A stretch of DNA of 64,000 bases. Source: Adineta vaga (Eukaryota; Animalia; Rotifera). The position numbers and the translations under genes were made by a program. This document shows, piece after piece, positions 50,582 through 63,359 of this stretch. Every line of letters starts with the position of its first letter. Within the stretch, counting starts at the first letter, position 1. The notes below the pieces were generated by a model. That model ran no database searches. It was not told where the DNA came from and saw only the letters and a list, made by a program, of their open reading frames with translations. The DNA lies in assembly GCA_021613535.1 (NCBI GenBank), contig CP075494.1, forward strand, positions 15,748,001 to 15,812,000. Reading direction: 5' to 3'.

Positions 50582-51001
50582 TCAATTAAGATGTGTATAC
50601 AAAGCAATGGCGAAACCCGCCCCAAAGGTCCACAAGAGCCACGCAGCACCTTGTCGGCAATACCGAGCGGCGAGAGGGGATTTGATTTTGTTTAATGATG
50701 GATCCTCGTAGAAGTGAGGAGACCACATCATGGCTGCTCCATCGAGAAATAAAGCCGTGGTACTCATAGTCGTTGTTGCGACCAAACGTTGATCAGTGCG
50801 AATGCCAAGTAACATTTCTGACAAGACCAGTGTCGTGTAAATCATTGGAAATGATATAAAATAAGCCAATAATTGCCGATTCGGCGATGCAAAAAGAATC
50901 TGAGAACCATGCCGAATAATCATCACTCCTGTACCCCAAAGAAAACTCCCAATTCCAATCATGCCTACCCATTGACCTCCGCTGAAAGATGTTTCGTACA
51001 T
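50582..51001 (-). CDS. Small 4-TM membrane protein, DUF5367-like
   Basis: FLWGTGVMIIRHG, ALFLDGAAMMWSPHFY, GAAWLLWTFGAG; intronless and GC-richer than host-like genes. Confidence 0.6.
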   Translation of the reverse strand: MYETSFSGGQWVGMIGIGSFLWGTGVMIIRHGSQILFASPNRQLLAYFISFPMIYTTLVLSEMLLGIRTDQRLVATTTMSTTALFLDGAAMMWSPHFYEDPSLNKIKSPLAARYCRQGAAWLLWTFGAGFAIALYTHLN

Positions 51002-51187
51002 GGTTTCTTTATCAAAATAATATAGAATAAAAACAAGTCATCGTGTTCTTTGACGCCATGAGTACCTCCCGTCTCGAAAAAGATGACATGAAGAAAAAAG
51101 AAAAACAAAACTTTCATCCATAGATGTCATCAGTGCTAACAGAATCTAACGATGATCCACAGTGAGCGAGGAGAGCTACAGTGGAAA

Positions 51188-51476
51188 AAAAGGTGTTCGA
51201 CCAAACCTTTATGATTTTTTATGAATCTAAAGTATATCAAATGTTATCGTACAATTACACGAAATCCATAAAAAGCTTAGTATGATGAAAGGTGTTGCAT
51301 CAAACCTTTATAAGTTCTACATCCTAAAAAGGATTCCGTGCCAAACCATTGTCAATCTATTTGGAGCTCAAAATGGTTTCGTACATCACTTAGTACCAGT
51401 GATGAAATCAAAGAAAGTTTCGTACAAAACCCTCTATATCATTTGTATTTAAAAAGAATTTTCTGTGAAACTCTAA
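51188..51476. repeat. Degenerate array of ~22-bp palindromic units (AAAGGT..N..AAACCTTT) at ~42-50 bp spacing
   Basis: About 7 units, e.g. AAAGGTGTTCGACCAAACCTTT (~51189), AAAGGTGTTGCATCAAACCTTT (~51288), AAAGGATTCCGTGCCAAACCATT (~51328). Confidence 0.55.
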
Positions 51477-53447
51477 GTTAATAAGTGTTAAATAGGATAT
51501 CGATCAGATCTGTTCATGTTTTCTCTTAAAGGGAATTTCAATTTATTTTTGTGATAAAAATTCAATTTGATTGAATTAAAATGAACGACACTATTTTGAG
51601 CTCATATATGACTGGTTCAAGTAAAGATCAATAATATTATCGACCGACGCTATCTATACATAAATTGTTGATTGATTGGTTTTCTCTAAATCGCATTTCC
51701 ACTCCAGAATTCTACCAATTGACTGTCGGCGATAGGATGCATTCTCTCCAATCGATTTTATAGTTTCTTGAATAAAAGATGTGATCAATTATTTTTTAGA
51801 GATTCTTGCAAATCTTACGTTAGATAAAATATTTTATCTGTTAACTATTTTGTCTTTATCTTTAATTTAGTTTTCAAGAATCGTTCAGAAGTTGATCAAA
51901 AATCTTATTTTGTTCGAATAATGATCGGTCAGATAAGAGAAAACTGATGAATTCATACTAACTCTCATTCAATACGAAAGAAATGTTTTTCATATTGTCA
52001 TATATTGGTTTAGTTTTATATTCTAGTGCTTAGTTATTGCATTCTATCATATTTAATTACGTAATTATAAAGTTTAAGATTTATGAGTTTAATTAATTGG
52101 GTGATGGATCCTTAACAGTCGAGTTGTGGTGAAGTAATTCAATAGTTATCTTCTTTTATTAAGAATTAACATATTTCTGATGCTTTTACTCGTAATTGAT
52201 GATATTGTTTTGGAATAATTTCTATTAAAAAACAACAAACATCATCAAAATCAACTGATCGATCAGCTAATACTTCAAAAAAAAAAATTTTTTTCAGCAC
52301 GAAAACGTTCTACTAGTCCAGATGAATCGATTGCCCCACATTTCCCATATCACCTCTTTTTCAACGACTGCGATCGCAATTACGGCGCCGTCATTGACAC
52401 CCACCTACTTTTCTATGTTATGCGGTTAATTATAGATATTTTTATTGTATTCTTTTTCAAATGTTTAATGAATATGAGGGACTAAATTATAGCCACTCTT
52501 AATTTGAGCAGTTCTATAATCATAATCAATTATTACAGTAACAATGACTAGAATAGTGTCGAAATATGAATGCGCGACAATACGATCATTGCATCGCAAT
52601 CGTAAACATGGGTAGCATAATGAGTCACTCATATATTATGGAATTGTTTTTCTTTTAACTCTTTCCATCTTGAAAAAACTACGTGCGATGAATGAACTGA
52701 AATATAGAAAAGATTACATGTTAAGGTAACATCAAGGATTGAAAAAGTTAACGTGTTGATATGAGATAAAGTAATATTTTTATTCATTTCCTCAATATTT
52801 TCTTCTTGTCCTTTCATTTACCACATTGATACGAGGAATATAATCAATTTCAAAATAGTAAACGAGTCAAGGACACACTATACTTTCAGTAGTGCATCAT
52901 GAGAAGAATGAATTTACTCATTTGAACAAGCAGTCTAAATCTAAATGAATAGTAATCATTAAACACTCAGATTCAGAAGTCGTTTCACAGTTTTGACCAT
53001 AATGAAAGTGCCATCATATATTAAAAATAAAAGTAAACTATTATATAAGTATTAGTTTTGTGATTACTATTGTGTTCGAAAGGCAACAATAAAGTTCTTC
53101 TGTGTCGATCATCAATAGTCTTTTCATAGTATGCAATGTAATATTCTTATACTGTCTCTTTCTGTCTATGACAACACTTCGAAACAAATAGTCTATTGTG
53201 ATGATGATGAATCATACTAATCAATTATTGTAATACATGAGTAAAGGGAGAAAATATATTTGTATATAAAATTTCTATAATTGTACGGAGATCGAATCAG
53301 AGCATTCTAATATTTTTGATCATCGACATACGCTCATTAATAACTTAGTCATTCGATGGAAATATTGGTGTAATCATCTTGTTCTTTTAAGTACTCACTG
53401 TGATTTTCAGAACTAACCTAGACAAAATCGAAGAAAACAAATCTTTA

Positions 53448-55794
53448 TTAAAAATGATCATTACATGAACATTTCCCATCCGAGAAGTGGTGAATACGAT
53501 TCGCATCACGAACAATAATTTCACAACGACGAATTTTACTAATGAGTTTGATTGCACCATCTATTAAAGAAATTTTTTTCTATAATAATCTGGAAGAATG
53601 GCAAAAGAATAACTTACGACAGTCACCACAAATACGAAGATTCTTCACGATTTGAATTCGTGATGGAACTGGTCGTTGAATAAAATTGTATGCAAGTGCC
53701 AACCGTTCACTGTGACTATTGAGAACCGATTCAACAGTTTCACCAGCCATCAAAGGACGTGTTATCCAACTTGCATCAAACTTATGACCATGTTCGATAA
53801 GTTCTTTTTCCAGTCGATCAAGTTCATCATATAATTCAGATGTTCGAGAATGAGATTGATCTTGAACACGAAATTGCTAAAAAATTCAATCAACGATTTG
53901 AATCAAATAAAGCACAACTCCCTCCTCATTTACCACAAGTTCACCGTTAACTTCCGTCCAAGCCAAACCACATCGTAGCTTTGCGCGTGATTGACTCATA
54001 TTCCATCTAATTTGTGATGCTTCTTCTAGTTCTCCTGATGATGCTAAAGTATTAGTAAAGAGTATCGAAGCAGGTACCAACGATTCGTCACCATTATGAA
54101 ATAATTCTCGTATTCGTTGAACTGTTTGTCTTGCTAGAGATGCATCATGTCGATTACGAGCACCTGATAACAATGACACTAAAAACGAACCATTCTTCTC
54201 TACTTTCAAACTGGTTATTTAAAAATCAATGGTAAAACTTACTGTGCATAGGAAGATAAGGAGGTTGATCACGTTCAAATTCTTCAATCAATTGTTTTGC
54301 TTCATCAAAGAAAAATGATCGACTTAAACAATCAATCTAGATAAACAAATTTCTAGTTCGTTGTTTGACAATAAAAATTTGTTTCAAACCATGCTTGTAT
54401 AAATCCATTTATCTTTCATTCGAATTGTTGAGAAAATTGCACGAGCTTCATCAACAAGTCCAGAATGTGAACATGCATTTAAAATACAAGTATAAGTTTT
54501 GTCAACAATCATTTCTGATGGCATTCGATGATAAAGTTCAATTGCATCATGAACCATCCCGTTCAAACCATATGAATTAACTATTTTCATCAGTCAATAA
54601 AACGAAAAAGACAAAGTAAAATACGAACTTACTCATAGCAGTATATGTCACATGATCTGGTTGATCGATTTGTTTGAAGGTGTGTCTGGCTTCATTTACA
54701 CATCCTACTTTGCCCTTTGTTAGATATAAAAATAAATCAATAAAGATTAGTATATTTGTTTGAATATTACTTACCCACATATGGATAAGAGCATTTCGAA
54801 GTATCAAATCATTTAACATTGTCGATGGAATTTGTTTAACAATCGATCGACAACGTGATTCAATTCCAAGTTGACCACAAGCATCAATGAGAAGAAGAAA
54901 AGTGATTAATTGGGCTTGAATATGCTCATTATTCATTTTTTCATATAGATTGATAGTTTTCATAGGCATATTATGATCATTATAACATTTCATCATTTGT
55001 CCATAATCAATTACATTACGATTCTTTTTGGTAAATAAATTCTCTGCATTTACTATATCACCACATTTGATAAACATATCGAAAGCAGAACTGATAATGT
55101 ATTTATCTTTATGATGAATTGATGACATTTCTGACCAAATTTTTCGACCAAAATCTAATGCCTGTTTTGTTCGAACATGTGCACAACTGTTGAACAATAG
55201 ACATAGAAGAATTCCATCTGGATTCGATGTTTGTGAAAAGAGTTCAATTGCTTTTTCCGACATATTATTTCGTATCAAACCTAAATAAATAAGAAAAAAT
55301 TTCCAAATAGGATCAAACTTCTCAATCAATTTACCTTTCATCATTGAACCATAATGAATCAATGTTTTATTTTTGGATAAATCAAAAACACATTGAGCAT
55401 CGTTTATTCGACCACATTGCACTGGAATTATCGAAGAATATAATTTCAGTTTTCTCAAAAAAATTACAAACCTACTATAGAAATTAATAAGTGATGTTTG
55501 AATGTAACTATTGTTCAATAAGTTATTTGGAAGTTCCTTATGAATAATTTGACCACGTTCAATATATCCTAATTGGGTACAAGCTTTGAATGCTTGAACA
55601 AGAATTCTATCCGTTAGAATTGATTGATGTTTATGTTTATCAAATAGATCAAGTGCTTTCACAAATTCTTTTCTATCATTTAGTTTCTTCATTTCAATGT
55701 CAATATTTATCTGTTTTGAACTGATTATTGTGCGTAGTAGATTGACAGATTTCCATTTTGTTTGATGAGAGATAAGACTAAAGATGGAGAACAT
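53448..55794 (-). CDS. PLS-class pentatricopeptide repeat protein with C-terminal DYW cytidine-deaminase domain
   Basis: PPR motifs ([31 protein letters not shown]), E domain/PG-box equivalent [10 protein letters not shown], then HSERLALA...[46 protein letters not shown]; multiple short introns. Confidence 0.95.
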
Positions 55795-56503
55795 CTAAAA
55801 TAATAAATCAAATAACCTTTATATCGATTTTATCTGACTATGACACTATGAGCAATGATTATATCATTGAAGAAATTAAATATGATTTGTTCTTAACCAT
55901 TCAAAGTTATCTGAAGAAGAATACTATTCTATTATCGATAGATGTCAGAATTATATAAGTTCTTCATGGACAGTTAATGAAGAAAATAAACGAAGATTAG
56001 AATTTCTCTATTCTAAACTAATAGCAAAATGAAGGAATGTTCTTGCTTACTTTTTCATACATCAATGAAGGCGAGGACCATATTCAATTTCAAAACAGTG
56101 AATAATGAGCCAACGATAAAGCAAATGATAACTGCAATGAATTTTCTCGTTACTATAACTTTTTCTGCAACAACTATTGATAATAACTGTAACGATATGA
56201 CATTGATAGCGAGAATTATGAATTAAAATATCACAATTCCATCAGCTCAATCATTACTTTTTAAGGAACTTTTGTTGATAGATTATCGAAGATACATCGT
56301 AATTGAACAATTATTTTTAACCAACGGCAAATAACAATAAAAGTTATTGTTCAGTTTTGTATATCTTCTGACCCTTAAATAATGAGAATATATATGTTCT
56401 CGTCCGCCACAAATAACAGTGCTTATAAATGTGTAGTAATAAACTTCCGATTGAAGAAGAAAGTATAAGTCATTTAAAACTTTTCAGACGAAACAAAAAG
56501 AAA

Positions 56504-58054
56504 ATGAATCGATTAACAAGTTTTGATGATTTACCGGATGAAATTCTTCTTATAATTTGTCATTATTTAAATCCAACAGATGTTCTCAAAGCTTTCCTTA
56601 ATTATAATAAACGTCTCCTTTCCTGTATTTCTAAATATCATCAACATATTGATTTAACAAAATGTTCCTATACAGATTTGAAAAACAAATCAAACCATTC
56701 CAACTAATCGTTAGTAATGCAAAACTTCCAACACAAATTGCTACATTCGTTAATGTATGTCAATCAGAATTAGATTTTTCTTCTTCTGATACACGTCATT
56801 AAGCATTCTTTGATGAAAGACAAGATACTCTCTGTAGTTTAATTTACTGTATAAAAAAATTTCAATCTTTAGAATCCTTACGTATTATCCAATCAACATT
56901 GAATAACAGCACAGATTCAATTGATTATTATGATAATGAACGATTTCGTAATTTTATCTTTTCTGTTCCTTCTACAACGATAAATCAACTTGAATTAATG
57001 ACTAATCATCGAATTATTCTTGATAAAAAACTTCATCAAAATCTTTCTCTTAAATATTTAACTATTTCTTTGCAAACTATTGATGATCTTTATATTCTTC
57101 TCGATAATCTTGTACCAAATTTAACTTTTCTGAAGATAACAATATGTGAAAATACTGTTTATCAACAATCATCATTACCCGAGCCATGGCCACGTGAATT
57201 CATGTGTTATTTAAATGAATTTCAATTAATAACAAACGAACGTGTAACATTAACTTTTGATCAATTAAGTTCTCTTTTTATGCCAATGAATCAATTGAAA
57301 AAATTAACACTGAAAATATTATTTCATATTAAGTTTCTTTCACAACTTGAAAATTTCTATTGTTCAATTACGACAGAAACTAACATCAATATGCAGGTTA
57401 GTTATGCTTTTTCGAATTCGATTTGTAAAGAATCATTTATATACTATTTCTTGGTCTTTATCATCACTTCAAACATCGTTGTTATCAAGTAATGATAAAA
57501 CAAAGTATCTGTTTAAATGTTTGACATTTAAAAATTTATCAATCTTCTCTCATTTCATCATCACGTTTTCCAAATATTCATTCACTTACTGTTCTACAAG
57601 AATGTAATTTCTTGTTCGAGAATTCTCAAAGATTTCAAAAACTTTGTTGTTTAGTTACGGAACATATCAACATGGTTCCATCTTCATACAACGTGTTTAT
57701 ACTCTAGATTTATATGATACAGAACAATTACTAAATCATCCAAAAATTTATCCAAATATATGATATTTATCTCAAGGACAAAATTTATTTTGTTCTTTAA
57801 CAACTATCAGCAGTATTGAAAAACATTTTCCTAATCTTGACTCACTGGGATTTTCAATTGAATCAAATGATGATTATTATAATAATATGAATATGTTACT
57901 CAATAAGAAATATTTTCCAAATTTATTATTTTTAAGAACGACTTGAAATAATATTGATCTATGGATTGTAGCTAAAACATTATTAAAATGGAGATCAACA
58001 CCTTTTTATGCATATCATGATTTTGTTACAAATGACTTGATTATTTGTTTATAA
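56504..58054 (+). pseudogene. F-box/LRR-like gene, disrupted
   Basis: F-box FDDLPDEILLIICHYL..TDVLKAFLNYNKRL, LRR-like repeats; several frameshifts and stops. Confidence 0.75.
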
Positions 58055-58251
58055 TTCAATTTTTTTTATTCGATCATTTAATGAATCAGAAATATAAATT
58101 GAGTTTGTTTCATTTTTTTTCCTTTTCCTCTTATAATAATAGTTGCATTCTGTTGCCCGTCAGTTTGTTTTAAAAATAAAAATTAGAAGAAATCAAACTG
58201 CGTATGAAATGAAGATTTTGATTTATTTTTCAAAATAAAACATACAGAACA

Positions 58252-58874
58252 CTAATACTTAAATTTACCGGAGTCTTTCAGACGATAATCAGTTTCAGAA
58301 TCAAAGTCATCAAAGAGATCATCTGGTTGACTTGTCGTCGTTCGGAATCGTGGAATTCCTTCATCTCCTTTTCTTTCTGGCGTGCCTGACAATCCGTAAG
58401 AATCAGCATCTCCTTTTCCTCCGTAGAATCCCGGCATTCCTGGAAAACCACGATTCCCTTTTTCTCCTGGAAGTCCAGGAGGACCTCAGACACCAATCAC
58501 CATCAAAGTTTTCTGTATATCGTTGATACCTAATTTATAAAAGAACAAAGATTAAACATATGGTACCAGCATCATTCGAAAATCCATGATGAGAACTTTC
58601 TTACTTTGTTGAATTTGAGTTGTTATATTCACAAAGAGTTCATCAAGTTCTTCTCTTCCAACACAATGTTGTGTGCAATCATTCTAGAATTTATTTTATT
58701 TATATTTACAAATCAAACTTTATTATTTTCAATACTCACATTTACAGTTATGTTTCGTAGTTGTTCTTCAATTCGACCGATTCGATCAATGAATGATAAT
58801 TCTGATGTATTTTCATAATCAGATTGACCTTTTGTTTGATAAATAAGAAAGAAAACTATCTAACAGACATTCAT
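58252..58874 (-). pseudogene. Chimeric pseudogene: duplicated 5' exons of the NHL gene followed by a collagen Gly-X-Y segment
   Basis: 58600-58874 closely matches 60423-60696 (ATG AAT GTC TGT TAG premature stop); downstream GV*GPPGLPGEKGNRGFPGMPGFYGGKGDA. Confidence 0.7.
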
Positions 58875-59273
58875 CGATGATATATAAAAGATATTCTGTC
58901 TGATACATAAGTTTGATAAGATGGACATATCTCAAACGAATCGATGACAGAAATAATGTTGTCTGAATGTTAACAAGTTATTTTAAGAGAAAAAATAACT
59001 GTCACTTGATATATAATATAAAAATGAGAATACTGTCAGAATATCTCGAGTTTCATTTATGAGATATAATTTGTTGTTTTGAAGATACATATTTTCGATG
59101 CAACATTGCATAAAAATCGGAAAATGATTTGGTGTTTGAATTTGTTTATTTGTAAAAGAATTTTAAAAATTAGATCGGAAAACAAGAGATTGACACATAT
59201 TCCTTTGACTCGATAACAAAATTGTATAGTAGATAGAAAAGAGTGAATAATTACATAAACAAAATATTTTTAT

Positions 59274-60696
59274 TTAATTCTCATTGATTTCAAATTTTTG
59301 AACTCGATCATTTCCATTATCAACAACATAAAGATTTCTTTGTTGATCAAATATTAAACCAGTCGGATAGAACAATTGATCTTCTCTATTTCCTCGTCTA
59401 TTTCCACCAACAATAATTTCACCCTCTGAACAATTTTTACACCAACGCATAATTCGATGATTTCCACGATCTGCTATATATATATCACCGAAATTATCAA
59501 CAACAATTCCTTGCGGATTTGATAATTGATTAAGCTTTTCTCCATTACCATTTCCACCAGCAACAATAATTCCTTCTTTTGCATTTTTATTCCATTTCAT
59601 AATACGATGATTAAGTTCATCTGAAATATAAATTGATTTTTCAACATTGATAAACATAAAACCAGGAAGATGAAATTGATTGAGATGATTTCCACTTTCA
59701 TTTCCACCAGCAATTACAAAACCTTGTTTGTCTCCTTGTTTCCATCGTTTTATTTCATGTTTAACAGAATCGGAAACATAAATTGATTTATCTTTATCCA
59801 TTGTAATTCCATAACAATCAATATTTGTAATTAAAATTTTCGGATCTGTTACATTTTTCATTGACCATTGAACAATTCTTCGATTTTCTCGATCACAAAT
59901 GATTAAAGAATCAGTTTCTTGATTAACAACAATATTAGTTGGACATTTCAATTGATTTATTCGATATCCTTGACCATTTCCACCTGCAATAATTTGTCCC
60001 TTGATTTCATCAAATTTCCATTGAACAACTCGATCATTTAAACAATCCGCAATGAAAATTGTTTTCTTCGTATCAATAAACATTCCTAAAGGATAATCAA
60101 GTTGATTTCGTTCATTTCCCTTTCCATTTCCTCCAACAATCGTTATTCCATTTTGTTTCCATTGGAATTTTTCTAAAATAAATAAACATTTTTTAAAATT
60201 CTCATCACAAATTCTTTGAAATACGTGTTGGATTTTTGGTAGATTTTGCTGGTTTACATGAACAATCTTTATTCGTTTGTCGAGAATGATCATGTTCTTC
60301 CTTTTCTTTTTCAAAATCAGTAAGTCCAGAAGGATTTTGAATAACATGTACTTTCAAAATTTGTTTCAATTCATCCATATCTAATTAACTAATTGTAAAT
60401 CTTATAATAGTATTACTTTGTGCTTACTTTCTTGAATTTGAGTTGTTATATTCACAAAGAATTCATCAAATTCTTCTCTTCCAACACAATGTTGCGCACA
60501 ATCATTCTAGAATTTATTTAATTTATACTTAAAAATCAAAATTTATCATTTTTATACTCACATTAGCAGTTATGTTTCGTAGTTGTTCTTCAATCCGACC
60601 AATACGATCGATGAATGATAATTCTGATGTATTTTCATAATCAGATTGAGCTTTTGTTTGATAAATAAGAAAGAAAACTATCCAACAGAAATTCAT
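59274..60696 (-). CDS. Secreted NHL-repeat beta-propeller protein
   Basis: Exon 1 MNFCWIVFFLIYQTKA signal peptide + short coiled coil; final exon has six NHL repeats (AGGNGxGxxxNQLxxPxGxxxD...IYIADxxNHRI). Confidence 0.88.
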
Positions 60697-61405
60697 TGTT
60701 GATAAACAGATTAGATTCTACATAAAGGTAGATGAACGTGTTTATATATACATATATATGAGTATAGTAAGATGGGTTTGTTCCCAAAAATTCTACGACG
60801 GGAATTCATGATGATGTCATGTCAACAAAAGTATTCTGGGAGAATAATAATTTGTCGTATCTTATTATAATGAGATAAGAAGAAACTTGTTAATGTGTAT
60901 TTACTCATAGATCGAATATTTTCATTAGAATTCGTTTAATACATTCAAATATAAACTTTCAATCTAAATATATTATTCTTTAATAGATTGCGCCATACTT
61001 CACGGAGAAAGAATCAAATGATTATAAAAGTGTCATATGAAATGAAAGAGCTTTCAAAGGTGAGAAGAAATATTGTTTAAAATAGTCTCCGATCAAGTAT
61101 TGATATAGATAAAGGTATGATCAAAGAATCATTCAAGAAAAGTTCCATGGAAAAGATTGTTAAATCCGTTTTCAAGGAAATATCTCATTAAGTTGATCAA
61201 GTAATTTTCCTCGATCAATCAACATATATATTGTTATACATTTCTTTTTCTAACGATACTACAACAGTTAGTTGGAAAGATATCAATAATCCTTTGAGTA
61301 GAAAATTATAAGGGATTCAGTTCTATTCAAGCGTTTTTTGTAATGATTATTATTTGACAAGCTGAATTTCTTTGACAGGATCTCAAGTATTTATTTACGA
61401 AAAAT

Positions 61406-62302
61406 CTAATGGATTAAAGCAGAAAAAATAGTTAAAATAATTTGATTGAAAAATAAAATTGATGAAGCTTTTGACGTTGTTAATTCGAATTTTGATGTTG
61501 ATTTAAGTGTTGTTGTTGTTGATGATTCTGCGTTCGAAGAAGTCGTCATATCAATTGATGTTTCAAATAATTTTATCATTTGAAATCGAAACCACATTAG
61601 ATTAATGATTTCATTAGTATTTTCCTTGCTATTACATCTGTTCGTTTTGCATATATAAATGAGATTATGTGTGATAGAATTTTGCTGTTTATTCAGTTTG
61701 ACGAATGTAGTCAAACGAGATTGTGAAGGTATTTTTGTAGATATACAATCAAATGAATAATTGTTTGAGTTTAATTTAGTATAGCACGTTCCTTTGTAAC
61801 ACTCACCGAACTGATTGTAGTTATTGGCTTGAAGGCAATGGATAGGATTTGATCCAGCTATATGAGGATGTAACAACTTTATTAATAGTTTTTGAATAGA
61901 TGAGTAAGTTTTTCCTTCGAATAACATCCATCGACCAGCAGTTATAACTTGTTGTAAATCACACATATCTGTCAAACACATCCCTTTAATTGTAGTAACG
62001 ATTGGATTATTTGTAGTTATTTGCACCATAGTATCCACCAATCTTTCGTCAACATTGCTAATCTCCAAATTTCGAAATGTAACTTGAAGTTGATGTTCAA
62101 TATGCCAAAGACTCAGCTGAAAGGGACAAGTCGTCTTTTCCTGTATTTCATTCATCAGATGCAACGTCATATCTTCGAGTTGTTTATTCGGATCATCTTC
62201 ATTCCATTCTATTTTATTATCATTTATATTTGAAAGACATTTTATCTGATAACTAGTTTTGCTTGAAACAAGCAACAAAATCGACCATACTTGTACATGC
62301 AT
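61406..62302 (-). CDS. Cys-rich secreted, probably GPI-anchored surface protein
   Basis: Signal peptide, Cys pattern ending CLTDMCD and YICKTNRCN, Ser/Thr-rich stalk, hydrophobic C-terminus; intronless. Confidence 0.7.
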   Translation of the reverse strand: MHVQVWSILLLVSSKTSYQIKCLSNINDNKIEWNEDDPNKQLEDMTLHLMNEIQEKTTCPFQLSLWHIEHQLQVTFRNLEISNVDERLVDTMVQITTNNPIVTTIKGMCLTDMCDLQQVITAGRWMLFEGKTYSSIQKLLIKLLHPHIAGSNPIHCLQANNYNQFGECYKGTCYTKLNSNNYSFDCISTKIPSQSRLTTFVKLNKQQNSITHNLIYICKTNRCNSKENTNEIINLMWFRFQMIKLFETSIDMTTSSNAESSTTTTLKSTSKFELTTSKASSILFFNQIILTIFSALIH

Positions 62303-63359
62303 CGTTAAAAATTTCTAAACTGAATAAAAACATACGATTTTATTCTCAGGTGAATATATACACTATCATACATATATGTTAATTTGAATGCAAAGTGCCA
62401 GCAGTGACAAACTCTAAAATCTAACTCAGTTATTCCTCCTTAACATCCTTCCAAAAAGATTCGAACTGAATAGTCAAATACCTAAATAGTTGAGAGTCTG
62501 AGGATATAGATGCGGAAGAAAGACCGGTAGCAATCTACATTTCCATACTCTAACCTTCACATCTTGTTCTTATAGTCTTCTGTTATTTTTTAAGAATCTT
62601 TAATTATTCTTATCGTGAAGATAAAAAATCTATGAAGTTGGTGAGTATATAATTCAAGGTAAATGATAACAGAAATATTCACTATACCATCGTTATTTTT
62701 ATTCTCATACATTCGTATCAACATAATAATCCATATATAATCAATATTTATATATTTTTTTTCATCAGTTTGTCTCACTATAATATCGATCGAATATAAC
62801 TAAAATTGTTAAGAAAACATAAATATTAACTCATCTAATAAATACACTAAAGAAAACAAAGTAAAGTATATTAAATTTCAGTTAAGCTGAAATGATACGT
62901 CTTCTTGAAAAACAAAATTTTTACAACAAATGTTATTTCAATGATTTCTGAGTAAAATTTTGCCAAAAACCTTTGTCAAAAACATGTTGATCAATCCAAA
63001 TTTTAATCCAATTAATTTGAATTTTCTGATATTGACTTTGTAATTGATGTTTAGATAAAATAATATGAAATTTTTGTTTTGTTAACCAAAATGAAGTTTG
63101 AAATGATTGATTATATCGTAGATGAGAAAGATTTGTTTGAAGATTAATCTCATAGGGTGTGGGTATGGTTAGAAACGTGATTCTTTCCATCGAGACATAT
63201 ACACAAACACACCCTTAAGGTATAAAAGTTTCAAATGAACGAAATTTGATTTCTTTAGGAAGTTGGTTAAATAAGTCAAATGATGAAAATTTTTGTAAGA
63301 AGAATTTAATTTGACCAGATGTACCTCATTCTGAAATACGAAATGAAGAAATTGCAAAT

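Noticed and set aside
62933-63357. Two short minus-strand ORFs that might form a gene
   Set aside because: No recognisable motif or consistent splice model; contains a hairpin-element copy
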